From Lama guanicoe (taxonomy: Eukaryota), in NCBI GenBank assembly GCA_013239625.1, contig MU054187.1, positions 16,756,941 through 16,820,940 of the forward strand: a stretch of DNA of 64,000 nt, in the 5' to 3' direction. Shown here piece after piece: positions 22,801 through 36,740 of the stretch. The translations under genes and the position numbers were made by a program. The notes under the pieces were generated by a model, which was given only the letters and a program-made list of their open reading frames with translations, made no database searches and was not told where the DNA came from. The stretch's first letter is position 1. Each line of letters opens with the position of its first letter.

Positions 22801-25059
22801 ACATATTATAATTTATAAAGCAGTATTCCAATTTTACTTTTAGTTTATTCTTCTCGTTTTATACAATATTCATGATAGCAATTTGAATGGGGATATTCAT
22901 AGCTATTGTGAGTAGTTGTGATTCAAATAAAACTATATTTTGTATGAAGCATTACCATTGTTTTATGATGTATTAATTTTAATGTTTAAATAGCTTTTTC
23001 ATATGTTAATACAACATAAACCAAGAGTTGATGAGAAATCCTTATTATAGTGGTGCTTATTCACATTGCTACAGTTAATGTCTCAACATTTCCATTATAT
23101 AAAGACCTATTTTTAGTGTGGCTTGGACAAAGAAATTGTCAGGTGGTACAGAGCCAAAGTCTGCTGTTTTAGAAAAGTGACTATGTACAGATTCACTGAA
23201 CTTAGTATCTGATTCTATCTCCCCAGTAGACAATATTCTTAAGAAATCTCAAGCACAGTAGTACATTTTTTTATGTTAGCCCACAATGCCTTTTGAAATC
23301 TTTTTATGGAATCTCAGAGAAGACAAAGAATTGGAAAATGTAGCTTTAGAAATCTCCATTTAAAAACTGGTAAGATCTATCTTCATTCTAATTTTACTTC
23401 TTTTAGATTTTTAGGCCGTATTTGTATCCTTAAATTGTCCCAATCTGATACTTGAATATTCGTTCATTTTAAATTACGAGCCAGCTCACATGTTGTATTT
23501 TTGCTTTTGCTCCGAGAGCCCAAAAAAGTTGTAGATGGTGTTAATGAATTGAGAAAAGAGTTTCAGTAGCTCTTCTGGTTAAATGACAGCACAATGAAAG
23601 TTTTAAATTTATATTTTTGTAATTTCTGGCTTTTCAATGTCTAACACATTTAGTTCATAATTTATTTTAAACTTCTATTACATGGAGGGTTCAGAATAAG
23701 TCAGAACTTTGCCCCCTGTTAGTCTGCTTTGTGTTTTTTTTTTCCTTTACTTAAAACACAACTGTTTTCCAAAATAAATGTGGTTGGTTAAATAATATAT
23801 AGTGTAAAATCTTTCCTAACTTGTACTTAAATTTCAAACCATGGAATTATATAAATGCTACATATTTGCAGCTTAATTATGTAGTGAAATATTAGAAAAC
23901 TGTAATTCAAAAAGTGTGTGATATGACTCAGTTAATTTTTGAGACCCTAAATTTTGGCTATTGGTTGGTAATTTCATGGCTTTGGACATAGACATTTAGT
24001 CCCCCACATAAGATGTGTTCTATATTTATACATTTCTGAGTTAGAGAGTAAACAGAGAATTTTGTTTAGTATATGAGTCATCTCTCAGCCAAGAATATAC
24101 TATGTTACCCTCAGTGTGTTTTCATCAAAGTTTTATATATATAAATATGTTTTTTTAAAAAGTAAAGGTTAATACATCATTTTGGAAACTTAGTCTAACA
24201 CATCATTCAAATTTAAACAATTATAGGATATTTTAGTTGATATCTAAGCCTAATGAGATTTCATAGAATATAAATCTAACTGTTCTTCCCAAAGACATCC
24301 AATTGCATCAATTTTTTTTCCTTTTTCCTAACCCTACCTTTTGAAGGATAAAAAGCAGAATATTACAGAACAAAAATAATCAAAAGAAATTAAAACCTAG
24401 AGGTCTGAGGTTGGCCTGTATTATACAGGGGTTCTACGCTACAGCAGAACATGCTTCAAGATCACAGACGTAGAAGTAAGCTGGTGGCATTTCAGCATAT
24501 TCCTCCTGCACCATTCTCACTTAAGGGACTGGAGGCTCATTGCTTTCTAAATTAGACTGTCCCACCTTTGGACATCCTTCACCGTAAGGGAGTGAGATGT
24601 TTAATATGATTTTCTTTAAAAACAAAAGGAAGGTACTTCAGTCAGAATCATTTTTCATTTCATAAGTTAACAAACTCCAAACATAACCTATCTAGTTAAA
24701 TTTTCAAAAGAAATCAACAATATAGCACGGCTAATAACTTTTGCAGGGTATTAGTTGTGAAGACAAGACTTGGTGTTAACTCCACCTCTGTTTTACAACT
24801 GCATCTTCCAAGGGGACATGCGTGGGGCCATGTAATTGAAGAAAGAAAACTAGTCCCCTGAAACCAGCCTTGGGGCCTCTCTTCGATTTTTGCACCACCG
24901 TCTTGATCTGGTCAAGCTGACCCTATCATCACGTTTGTCATTATTATCAATGTCAGGAAGGTTTTCTAACTCGCTTTTCTTCTCCTTTTCGTCCGCTGGC
25001 TACTCTACAACCAAAGGCTGAATGGACGCTCTCCCCATCTCTCTGGGAAATAAGGAAAT

Positions 25060-25270
25060 ACAAACATTTACTGAATGAGTACCACGTGCCAGGAATGATT
25101 TTAAAATTTTGCACATCGCTGTATTTAACCCTTAAGACAACTCAATAAGCAGATACATTCACTTTCCACATTTTTCAGAGATGACCGAGGCTTAGAGAGC
25201 AAGCGTGACTTGCCTGTGATCATACAGCTAGTGGGTGATGAGCCGGAATGGCCTCGGGAGCATGTTTCTT
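25060..25270 (-). mobile_element. MIR SINE
   Basis: AACATTTACTGAATGAGTACCACGTGCCAGG...CCGAGGCTTAGAGAG...GACTTGCCTGTGATCATACAGCTAGT. Confidence 0.85.
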
Positions 25271-26064
25271 AATCTCTGTGAGAAATACGCTATCCAAACA
25301 GACACATGAGACACAGAAAGAGGAAAATGGAAATGCATAAGAAAGCGCTTTAAGAAAAAAATGTATCTAGCTTACCTAAAATGTTAAAAACATGTTTTGT
25401 CTATTGTAGAGAGAATGGGGGCTTAGGAATCATTTGTTCAGAAACTGAAATAGAGGATTATAAACCACAGCTTTGTACTTCACAGCATCCCCAGATTTGG
25501 GAATACACGGGAGAGGTTACTGAGTTTCCTTTGAGGAGAGGACTAGGCCCTGCCTAATGGAACCTACGGGGATGATTTTATTGTGGAGGAGTACGCACAT
25601 TTGATGAATTTTCTATTGTCTCAGCTATTTTACAACTCAGTTGGGGAAGAGTTTAACCTGTAGAGAACTAATAGCGACTCAAATGATTTTTGTCCATAGT
25701 AATGCAAACAAATTTTGGCTGGTGGAGAAACAAAGGATTGTCAGCCCCTCAGAAGACAACCCCCAATATTACATTTTCTTGCCAAACATTAGAAACATTA
25801 CATTTTAAAACTTTTATTTTAACAGGTTTTGCATCCATCCACAAATTCATTTCAGTATTCTTGACTGCCTATGTATACATCTGTTTATCAAATTCTTTTT
25901 TGAGCTAGTCTTAAACACTGTACTGAAGCCTTCATTCATTCATTGGTAGATGAAATTCTTTGGCACAGCTCATTTATTATTTTCATGGGAGTTAAGCTTA
26001 GAGCTTTGTGAAAGTTGTGCTTAGGTAAGCATTTTGAGGTTACAACAAAAATAAAAAGAAAGTG

Positions 26065-26305
26065 AGATGACTAAATTTTACTGAGTGCCTGTCATGAGTG
26101 CTGGATTGGCTAAACCCTTTTCATATATATAAACCATTTTAATCCTCACTCACTACGTGGCAAACTATTGATTGATTTGTTTTATAAATGATGAGACAAA
26201 GATGAGAACAATTCAATAATAGCTTCAATGTTCTGTGCTCCATCTGGTAAGTGAGGGGACCAGGGTCTGAATCTAAGTCTGTCTGACTGTACAACCCTTG
26301 TTCCT
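26065..26305 (-). mobile_element. MIR SINE
   Basis: TTTACTGAGTGCCTGTCATG...TTTAATCCTCAC...GAATCTAAGTCTGTCTGACT. Confidence 0.75.
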
Positions 26306-26754
26306 TCTCTAGGATCGGAACTCTCTATAAAAGATAAACAAAAAATTAAGTCAATGACTAGCATAGGATTACTACCTAACCCAGGGTATGAATGCTCTTT
26401 TACAGTGAAAGGTAATTAACTAAGAGGATGGCTGATATGTCCATTGACAAAAACCATTGATAATGACCACACTGTTCTTGTACAAAAAAAAAAAAAACAC
26501 TAGGAGGCAGCTTGGATCTTCTGGAGACCAAACTCCATTCTGTTATCATTGTCTTCACTGTTCTTTCATTTCCATGATGAGTATCCTCTTTTGTCTTCAA
26601 CAATCTCTCAGCTGAGTTTATCTAGGATTAACTTCTGTAAATTTTATCTAAAACTTTTTGACATAAATCGCTTTTAGACAAAAGTAACCTGGTACTTTAA
26701 AAAATAAAAACTAAATCATGATCGATGTATAGCATAGCAGAAAAAAAGAATTTG

Positions 26755-26955
26755 AGTTGTTCTCTGACAGATACGCGTTGGGATTCCAGTTCTAATACTT
26801 ATGGCCTGTGTGAAAGTGGACATCTTGTTTAAAACTTTGAAACTTAAGTGCTGTATCCAAAAAAGTGGAATAAGAAGTCCCATTTGGATTTGAGATAAAT
26901 TGGGCAAAAAATCACCCACAAATATACAGAAGGCACTCAATAAATGGTAGTTATA
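26755..26955 (+). mobile_element. MIR SINE
   Basis: TTCCAGTTCTAATACTTATGGCCTGTGTGA...ACAGAAGGCACTCAATAAATGGTAG. Confidence 0.7.
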
Positions 26956-28305
26956 TATGTCAGCTTAAAGTGACATTTGGCCTTCAGAAAGGACATCATT
27001 GTATGATTATTCCCTCTGTTTTCTTGTGAAATTTCAAGAGTTTAGCAGGAATTTATGTATAATTATACTTATTGGAATTATAAGGAATTTACATATAATT
27101 ATATTTATTGGTTTGTTAGTAAAACATTTTGTCTTCTTTGAGAAACTACACTTAACTTAAATTTCCAGTTTGTGTATTTGGAAATTTAAGCCTATATAAT
27201 TCTACAAGGAGACACGTATTTATTTAAAATTATAAATAATAGAACATTCCTCTTAGTTCTCAAATATTTTCTAAATTTGAGCAAACTTTTTTCTGCCAAG
27301 CTAATTTAACAGACAGTATCTAATACCGACTGAATATGTTCTGTGTTATAAGTATTTTAGTTCCAGGGAAGATAAAATGTTATTGGGAATTTATGATCAT
27401 TTTTAGGCATACATTAGTTATGTTTACAATGAAACTTTCTGTTGGTAAAAGACATACCTGTGAGTCTTATGTAAGCATGAGTTTCATTTAGGTATTTTCG
27501 TTTTTAAAGTAACTGAGTGTATTTTTAGCTTAACTTCTTACCACTTTCAAAAGTTTTGACTATTTGATGACATTCTAAAATCCAGGAAATTCTTGCTATC
27601 AAACAGTCCATTAATTCGTATTTTGGTATCTGGAAAGGCAAGTTTAAGCAGCTGTGGATTGTGCCAGTGGAGTGAAAGTAAGAGGGGATGCATTTCGCAA
27701 GACTTACAACATACACTAAAATGCAATTTGCTAATTTTAAGTACTCCGTGCTCTGCAAACAGGCAAAGCGGATGTCACAAAGTATGTTCTGTCAGTACCA
27801 GTTAAGTGTTGTTTCACAAGGATGTTCCTCAAAAGGCCAAATAGGGAAATAAATTCAGTGACCCTATGGATGAAACTGTTTATTTGGCACATGATTGATA
27901 TCTTTGGTCAACTCTTCCACGGCATAATATTAACAACATTTTTGTTGTGGTGGTTTTCAGTCTAAGGCAATCCCTACTTCTCTGGGTCTGATCGACCTGA
28001 AGGAACAGTCAAAGAGACAGACCTAAAAGCAAAATTCATCACTGCTGAGCCCCCACGGGCTACACCATTGAGACTCCAGCTCTTTCACATCTCTCTTGTT
28101 CCTCTGGAGATTCACAAAGCCTCCCGGTGCCTGTGAAATTTACCTTGATGCTGCTCTTTGCCTTGTAACCTGGTCACTCTAATCTGCCATCCTGTCGTCC
28201 CTGCCGCTTAACCTGAGGTGTCTGACTGCTGTGTTGCCCTTGGGGTTGACCTTGCTGTCTCTGTCCAGTTACTGACTTTGAATTCATAGTTCCTCTTGCA
28301 ATTAG

Positions 28306-28498
28306 CTCTTCTTCCCCTCCTCTTCCTCCTCCTCCTTTCTCTTCCCTCCCCCTTCATCCCCTCCTTTCCCCTCTCTCCCTTTCTTCCTCCTTTTTTTCCT
28401 GCCCCTCTACTTCCTTCTTCTCCTTCCTCCCCCTCACCCCACCTTTCTCCCCTCTGGTCTTCTCTCTTTCTCCTTGCCCTCCCTTGCCTTCATTCTTT
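28306..28498. repeat. CT-rich low-complexity polypyrimidine tract
   Basis: About 190 nt almost entirely C/T; explains the Pro/Leu/Ser ORF 28296-28526. Confidence 0.9.
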
Positions 28499-31400
28499 TT
28501 GTGGAAAACTGGTCTTTAATGAGTGAAAGAGAAGGGTTACAATCAGGAAGTCACATCAACGGGGAAACTAAATATATTGAAAAAAATCAGAAAGCAATTT
28601 CATATTTCTTGAGGGTAAATACAATGGCCTAAGTGTTTATAACACAATTGCCTTCTGCAGAGGCCCAGTGGATACAATTAAGCTCACTCACACAGCTTCC
28701 AGAAATCTCTCATGAAAACTGCTGAATAAGGAGGATCATTTGCACCGAATGAGTAACTTAGATCCGAACCTCCACAAAGGCTGGCTGCCAGCAGCTCAAG
28801 ATTTTAGAGCTCAAAACTAGGAATGAATCAGTGCTTGGTGTGTTCTGGTTTGAGGCGGTGACGAGTTTGATGCTGAAGTTGTTGGTGGTATTTGAATAGC
28901 TCCCAGGAGCTGACCAGGTTAATGGTGGGACCCGGCTTCAAGGTTCCACTCGTCTTTATGTTGATGATCTCTAGACTTCCTGGTGTCGGAAGCTCATTCT
29001 CTTTGTATTCTCTGGGAAAAAACTCATGGGAACAATACCCCACAAATTCTTGCATTTCATAACAAGTTGACTGAGGTTAGGCTTAAAGATCAGCTTGGCT
29101 TGGATGTAAAACTTGTGGCTTCTATTTTATTTTCCTCAGCATTTAAAATGTGTTACTTCACTGACTTCTAGCAGATTTTCTAACTTACAGTATTATCTTA
29201 TTTTATAGTTTCTACATTGCTTATTTTCTTTAAGCTGATTTTGAAATAGTAAATTATAGTTTTTATTCCCTTTGTAAGCATGACTTACTGGCTGGCTTTC
29301 ATTTTTCATAGGGGCATTAAAATTCTTTTATATAACTTACAAATGAAAATTTGGAGCTTATACAATGCTTTTATCTTACTAATTTTTAAAATAAAACAAG
29401 TACATGAATGTACTTTCAGAAGAAAGTATTCTCTCCTAGCTCGTGGCTCTCAAGTTTCCTTTTCACAAAGTCATGAAAATACATGGCTTTTTATTTCCTG
29501 TGAGTTTCTCATTGTTTTATTTTGCTTAAAGAGAGGCTGAGTATCTTTTTATAGGCCTTTCTCTTCTGTATTTCCTCACTGTACATTGAAATTTATAGTA
29601 TTTACTATTTTCTAGTTATATTATAAATATGAGTAAGATGTGGATTTATTTGTTCTTCACATTGGTCTATAAGTGTTTTTTCAACTATGTATAAAATCCA
29701 CACATTTCTACATATACATGCTTCATTAAAATTTGTATTGTCACCAGAAAGGATGATCTTAACTTTGAACTTCTAAACTAAATTTATAACAACATTCATA
29801 ATAATTTTACACATTTAAACTAAAACATAATGAACTTCTAACATCTGTTATTCCATGAATTTGTTGAAAAAAACCCAATGAATTTTGGGAGTAACCTGTA
29901 TTTTACTTGAAGCATTTAATAACACATATTCAAACAGGGACATTAAGCTGTGAAATTATTTTAATATTAGATCCAGTCTGTTAACAGCAGTTGCTTAACT
30001 TTTCAGTTAAGCATAAGAAAACTTGAATTTGAAGATGAGTGAACTTAATTTAAAAGAATAGTAATTTGATCTAAATCAAAAGTCATGCTTCCCAGGGAAG
30101 GATGACAGTGTACTTCTTGTGGCTTCTTTGTTAAATAAACTGTAGTCTTCAACATGGTCTTATAATGATTTCAATTTGGTTCTTTGACAAATTTGTGTAT
30201 TTTGGTTTTCATGAAGTCATGCTATTCTTAGGGCTCTATAGTGAATAACATGTCCGTAAACATTTTGTGGAAATTATGTGTTCATCAACATTTTGGGATA
30301 CATAAATTCTATATTTAATATTTTATTAAGCATAAGCATTCATATTTTTGAGCTCATTGTAATCAAAGGGGTTTATCTGCAAAAAATAAAAGTTATATAC
30401 ATCTATCGCACATAAATGATACAATTATTTAAATAAATGCATTCCAACTAATATCTACAGAGTCCACAATAAAACTACTCTATCTACCTCTATATCTTAC
30501 AAACACATCCCATGATTTCCCACAATATCCAAGGACCACATCCACTATCAGCTTTGCACATCTTTCAGACCAAGACATGATCCACCAACCGGTGGTCTGG
30601 CAGTCTGATGTGTCTTGTAAGGCAAAGCATAAGGCATGGCAAAGCTAGGTGGTATATTAAGTGGCTTGCATCCAGCATCAAATACGTCTCTCACCACCTC
30701 TGGACTCTGGAAATAGCCTTTAGTTACTCTTCTCAAAGCACACTTATCAGTAAATACCCTGCACGTTTTCCTAGAATATTAGTTACGTTGTATGTGGGAA
30801 GAATTAGGCAAAGCTACTTTAACTCAGTTCCTTACACATGTGTCTCGCACAACATTGGACAAACCATGGGAGACTCTCGAAGTACAAGAGATGTCGCAAC
30901 CTTACTTAATTTAATGCAACTGTTGGAAATTATCAAAGAATGAAATAAGCAAACGATACTGCTAAGCCAGACAAAGCACCAGGACAGCAGGCGTTCACTG
31001 GGACTTTCATTCCTGAATGAAGTGGCACGTGTGGTCATCACATCACATACCCAGTTCCTCTATATGCATGTGGCCCTGTTTCTGGGCTTCCCACTTCCTT
31101 TGGACTATCCCCTGAGCTCATTGCCCGGACAAAACCTGTCACTATGCCTGTTCACCCAGGAGCTCAGAAGCCCTGGGCTTCTGTCCTGATTCCTCTTGGG
31201 AGTCTGGATTACAGAAATACATATCTTAGTTGTGAGGCCTGGTGAATTTTGGGTTTTCTCTTTTCATATTTTATCAATCACTACTATGTTTTGGGGACAC
31301 AGGGCCTATGTCAAAGTACGTTTATCTGCCACCTTGAGTAGAACTCTCAAAGATTATTTTTCAGTGAAAATTCTATTAAAAAAATCTATTTTCTATATTA

Positions 31401-32229
31401 AATATAATTTCACCAAGCAAAACTTCTTACCAAATTCTTGTCTTTAATTAACGTCTTTAAAGGTTCTTACATCATTAAAAATGAAATGCAAACAAAATTA
31501 TTGATTTGAAAGAATTATAGTAAAATAGAAATCAATTTGAATTTGATATTTTCCATGCATATTTTTATGAAAAAGTTATTTAGAATAGCAATAATTCAGG
31601 TTGTAGTAAAGCTAAATTGTGAATTTTCTTACCAGCATATAACTAAAAACTTAATTTCTCCTCTTACTTCATACCAAGCATTTATTTCTTCTATGTTCAC
31701 ATTAAGCATATTAAATATGAAAATACTATGTGGGCTAATGAATCCAGAGTTACATGAACAAAGTAATAATTGGAAATCTAATTGGTAACAAATTATATTT
31801 TACTCTTGGCTATACTTTTTTGAAGAATTTTGTTATGGAAAATTTCAGAACAGAGTGATTATGAGTTTGAATAATTTATGCTTTACAAAGAAGAACATAT
31901 TAGATAGTTAAAAAAATTAAATCCACATTCATGCTTTTCTCCTATTAATAATGGAAACATCAAACTTTCAAATAATCATTCACTTTGTGAATTTTTGAAA
32001 ATATTATATTTCTGATATATCTTGGAGCTATTAAAGCAAGCTGTAGGTTTTGAAGGATTTAAAAGTACGTCATTGGGTCACAGAATTTCAACTCAGTCTC
32101 TTATTTCATATAGTACAATAAAAGAGAGAAATTATTATGATTGAATAATAGAATTTGAATACACTAAGAAGGCATTCTCAGTGAGGAATTAGTGTGAGAA
32201 ATGTCATGAATTGAAAATGCTCAGGTTAA

Positions 32230-32800
32230 TGGCACTGATTTTAGTTTGAAAATAGTATGCTGGGTATGGTGAGCAGTAGCAAGATAGGAAACGGAGATAA
32301 GTGACAATTATGGACGACCTTGAATGTTAGACAAAGGGCCTTGATCTTTGTTCTGTGGACCAATGGAAGGAATAGAGATTTTTAGTTAAGAGGATGTCAT
32401 GATTAGATTCATGCTTCAATGAGACAAATATACTGGAAAAGCAAGTTGAAAGTCCATGTAGAAAGCCATTAATCTAAAAGAAGTAATGAGTGTGGTGTTT
32501 GTGGAAATGAAGAAAAGGGAACAGATAGAAAAACACGGTGGAGTTAAAATGAGAAAGTGAATGAGAGGTTTCCTAAAAGGAATATTTAGGGAAAAAAAAA
32601 AAGAGAGAAGAGATTGATTTTTGAGCCTGGGTGACGGAAAAGTGATTGCGTTAACCAAAAAGAATCAGCAGCATATACAAATAAGGATAATAAGAGAATG
32701 AAGATGATGTGTTCAGTGTTGAACATGTTTAATTTGTGGTATTTGGCAGCACATACAGGTGATTGCCATTAGGAAATATGGCTGCATATTTGTTTCTTCA
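32230..32800 (-). mobile_element. L2 fragment
   Basis: GACCTTGAATGTTAGACAAAGG...TGATTAGATTCATGCTT...TTTTGAGCCTGGGTGACGG...TTCAGTGTTGAACATGTT. Confidence 0.75.
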
Positions 32801-33796
32801 AATGAACACTTGGAGAAGCAACCCAAGGCTTCCCTTGAAATGCAGAAGAAAATCACATTAACATCACTGCTGGGAAACCTAATCAAGATGTAATTTACAA
32901 AATATATACTTTGCAATGTCCTTTGCATTCTTCTCTCAATTCTAATACCAGGGACTCACTATAGATTCAGCAAATATATGGACAAGCTTGATGGCCTAGT
33001 TAGGACTGAGTATATGCACCACCATAGCCTGGTTTCATTGCCAGGCCTGGGGACTGTTTACATCCCGACCTATCACAATGGGATATGGGTGATCCCCATG
33101 GATGAGGATGAAAGGATCAATGGATCAATGGACTAATGGATCAATAAGCACATTTTTGATTTTTTGATACTTCGGAAGTCTTTTGTGTTCCCTCTTTTGG
33201 TATAGCATTGGAAGAGAATCTGATAAGAATAGACGAAAGTTTGAAAATGTTACATTGCTTAAATATAGCTAAGGTACCCTTGGCTGGGCAGATTGAAGCA
33301 TGGAAGACATTTATGGTTATCTCCAAACTCATGAAGCTATAATTTAAAAAAATTTCCTTATAACATAATTATTTGAAACCCACAGAAATCAATGGTGTGC
33401 ATTATACATTCCTTAGTAAACTATGATTAGCATTATTAGAATTAAACATTTCCTCAAAATAAATGTCGATTCATGTCTATTCATATAGGGTAGTTGTTTA
33501 GTTGCCAATGATAACTGGAAAAATGCCAATTTATTTTTAAGATTATGTGATTTAGATGCATTTCTGCCTGATTGCAAGAGGATGTCAGAAGAGAGTGTAG
33601 TCAATCCGTTGTATTCTTTGGGTCCCTGTTCCATCCTCCTTTTTCTGGTCATTGGAATTCATTTTTAATGCTTGAGTGTGGCATAAAGCTGATTGTAAGC
33701 CTCATGATCTAAAAAGCGGTTGCAAATCAAGAGAAGGAAATGGCAGTAATTTATAAGGTCTCGTGCTATACCAGGTACTTTCTAGTATTGTAAGAG

Positions 33797-34263
33797 CATT
33801 ATGGGTTGAACTGTGTCTCCCTACAAAAGGATCTGTTGAAGTCTGAACCCCCGGGACCTCAGAATGTGACCTTATTTGGAAATAGGGTTGCTGCAGTCAT
33901 AATCAGTTAAAATGAGGACACAATGAGTAGGGAGGGCTTCTAATCCAACATGACTGATGTCCTTACAAGGAGAAGGCCATGTGAAGACAGAGACAGACAC
34001 CCAGGGAGATGCCACGTGATGCGGAAGATGGAGGTGGAAGCTATGCAGCTGCAAGCAAAGGAATGCTAACGACTGCTGACAAGCCACCAGCAGCTAGTAC
34101 GAGGCAGGGAAAGACTCCTCTACAGGCATCAGAGAGAGCATGGCCTTACTGACACCTTGATCTTGGATTTCTAGCCTCTGAAACTGCGAGACAATACATT
34201 CCTGTTGTTTTAAGCCAACTGGTCGGTGGCGCTTTGTTCTGGCAGCCCCAGGAAACTAATACA
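33797..34263 (+). mobile_element. MLT1C MaLR solo LTR, full length
   Basis: TTATGGGTTGAACTGTGTC...CTCAGAATGTGACCTTATTTGGAAATAGGGT...GACACCTTGATCTTGGATTTCTAGCCTC...GGAAACTAATACA; 5-bp flanks AAGAG and GAGAG. Confidence 0.9.
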
Positions 34264-36434
34264 GAGAGTAAAATACATTGTAGGGTACATCACACCCTTG
34301 TTTTCAGTCCCTTAATTGTCTCTATCACATCTCCATGGAAGTGACAGCTGCTTATGGGTGGCCACAAACTTGTTCGTTCAGAATTCCCTGTATTTGGGGA
34401 AACTGACTCAAATACCAAGTTAGAATTCTAATAATGCCGCTTGACATTTATTTCCAGATATTTCTTGTCAGCTCCATCTTCTATTTGTTGTTAAAAGGTG
34501 CAACTACTATTAAGAACTACATACCAAATTATGATTTCTATGAAGAATCTAATGCCATTGGAGACTTGGACCAAGAAGATGGCATATCACATTTACTTTT
34601 GGTTTAAGCAGCTCAGTGATAGTTTTTGAAAAGAATGACTGCGTGGAGTTTTCTGGAATAATGAGAATCCATCATATGTTATGAAAAATGACATATTTAT
34701 AACTCTGCATACTCACTAGTTATTATGTAAAGTCTTTTGACATGAAAAACCTGATCATTAATTATTCCCTTGCTTGAATTTTGGGGTATATTAATTAATT
34801 TTTATTTCCTTGAGTTATGCAAGTTCAAGTAATTCTTTTTTTGGAAATTTTTAGGGGGTGAGATATTCTTATTGACCACCACACTATCCATTGAACATTT
34901 CCCTTGCATTTAATTTTTTAAAAGTATATAAATATAAACCTTAATTCCACATGTTTCTTATTGGAGGTGGACATAGTAAAGACTCACCAATAATCAGCCA
35001 CTAGTTAGCAAGCAATAAATATCGTTTATCCTCTTAACATCTTTTAACACCTGTTCGACCTGTTTTATGTAAAAGATTTCTATTTCCCTGTAACAGGTTT
35101 CTTGTTCAGTGGTAGTTTTAGAAGAAAAGTAACTGTCTACTTCAAGATTTTCTGTAAGTAAACTGGAAATTTCTTACATCCTTGTTCCACTGAAAACGTG
35201 CTCTTGCCTGCAATTATTTCAAACAGATATTTAAAGCTATTACAGAGATGATAAGAAGCTAATTCCTTCAACTCCTCTATCTTTGTGGATGGCAGATTTT
35301 AAAGAATTTGGAGACTCCTAAAGTTGTAGAAACTACGACATCATGTACAGTTAAGACCGGTGACCACTCCTCTGTAAAAGGAAAAAAATGTTGAATAATG
35401 GTTCCTTTCCACATTGTGTGTGTGTTTATGAATAACTGAGGTGTACAGCTTCTTGCTCACACAAAAGTACTGAATGAAATATTCTCTTTTTTTAGAAAAG
35501 AAAGTACCAATGATTTTGATACATTTTGAAGGTCAGTAATGTTCAGCATAGAGCAATATGTGGAGAACAATAGCTCCTTAGAGAGTGGAAAACATGGTAC
35601 TCTCATTATCCATAATCTCGGCTGGTCACCATAGTAACAGCATTTTATTTTCCAAGATGTGAGCCTTTATAGTTCTGTAGAATCCACTTCCTAGGCCTCC
35701 AGACACATCAGCGGCATCTAGTGGCTGAGACCTCAGTTGGAATTTTTGCGCTGTACCGCCTGCTGTTAGGTTGAGCAACTGATGGCCTGCACATGCGGTT
35801 AAGGATGCCTGCCTGCCTTTCTCCCTCATCCTGACGGGTGACTCTAATTTTTCAGAGAAGTATTTGCGGATTGCCTGCAAAAAAGGGTGACAATATCAGC
35901 AAAAAGAAAGCTATTTTTCTAGCACTCTTGTTAGAAAGAATTTTGCAAGGGAATTGGGGAGGGTAGAGGCATGTGTGTCCTCCAAATACAGAGGGAAGTT
36001 GGAAAGGGGCAGTTTCCAGATGATGACATAGTTGCTCAGAGAATGTATAGAACTATTTTCTGGAATCCCTAGGGGACAGATCTGTTAAAGATTCAGAGAG
36101 ATTACCAAGGGGTTCTGAGAGTAATTAAAGCACGTTTATCCACTTTCATTCTCCGATCACGTATCTGTCCTTTGCTATGCAATTTTCAGAAAATTACATA
36201 ATAGTGGTTATTATATATCTCAGGTAGCTACCAAGGTCTAACCTAATCTGGAGAGAAAATGAGGCAATTCAGAAATTCTGCAGAGTCTCCAGGGAGGTAG
36301 TGTGGGGTTTTGGAAAATGCATGGACATGGGATTGAGACCCAAGTGTTGTTCTGCTTCTGAAACTTCATGGATTCTTGAGTAAAAGCTATAGCTGTGGTT
36401 CTTGGTTTTGCCTACAAAGTCAGAGAAAAAAGGC

Positions 36435-36740
36435 AGCCAGTTCCCGGACTCCATCTCAGACCAGTTGAGACAGAATCTTTGGGACTAGAGCCTGATCATA
36501 ACCTGCAGAAGAAATCAGTCTCCTGAGGAGACTCTAACAACATTCTCTCACTGGTCTGACTTGAACCTTGTTCCTCGTAGTGTGGGTCACCGACCACCAG
36601 CCTCACTTGGGAACTTGTTAGAAATGAATACACATTGAAGTTGGAGAAGTCATGAAAACCCGTAGAGATTCTAATTCAGAAAGTCTGAGGTGAGCCTGGA
36701 AATCTGTGTTTTTGAAAACTTAGATGTTTCTGGGGTGCTT
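36435..36740. mobile_element. Cluster of MER5A/MER5B hAT-Charlie fragments
   Basis: CAGACCAGTTGAGACAGAATCT, CACTTGGGAACTTGTTAGAAATG and AGATTCTAATTCAGAAAGTCTGAGGTGAGCCTGG. Confidence 0.65.

Noticed and set aside
28296..28526. Signal-peptide-like Pro-rich ORF
   Set aside because: Translation of a CT low-complexity tract.
33206..33273. Possible exon encoding LEENLIRIDESLKMLHCLNIAK
   Set aside because: Weak donor (AAG/GTACCC), unrecognised peptide and no partner exons.
34498..34607. Protein-like frame GATTIKNYIPNYDFYEESNAIGDLDQEDG
   Set aside because: Poor splice signals, ends in a stop, and lies in what may be a degenerate LTR.
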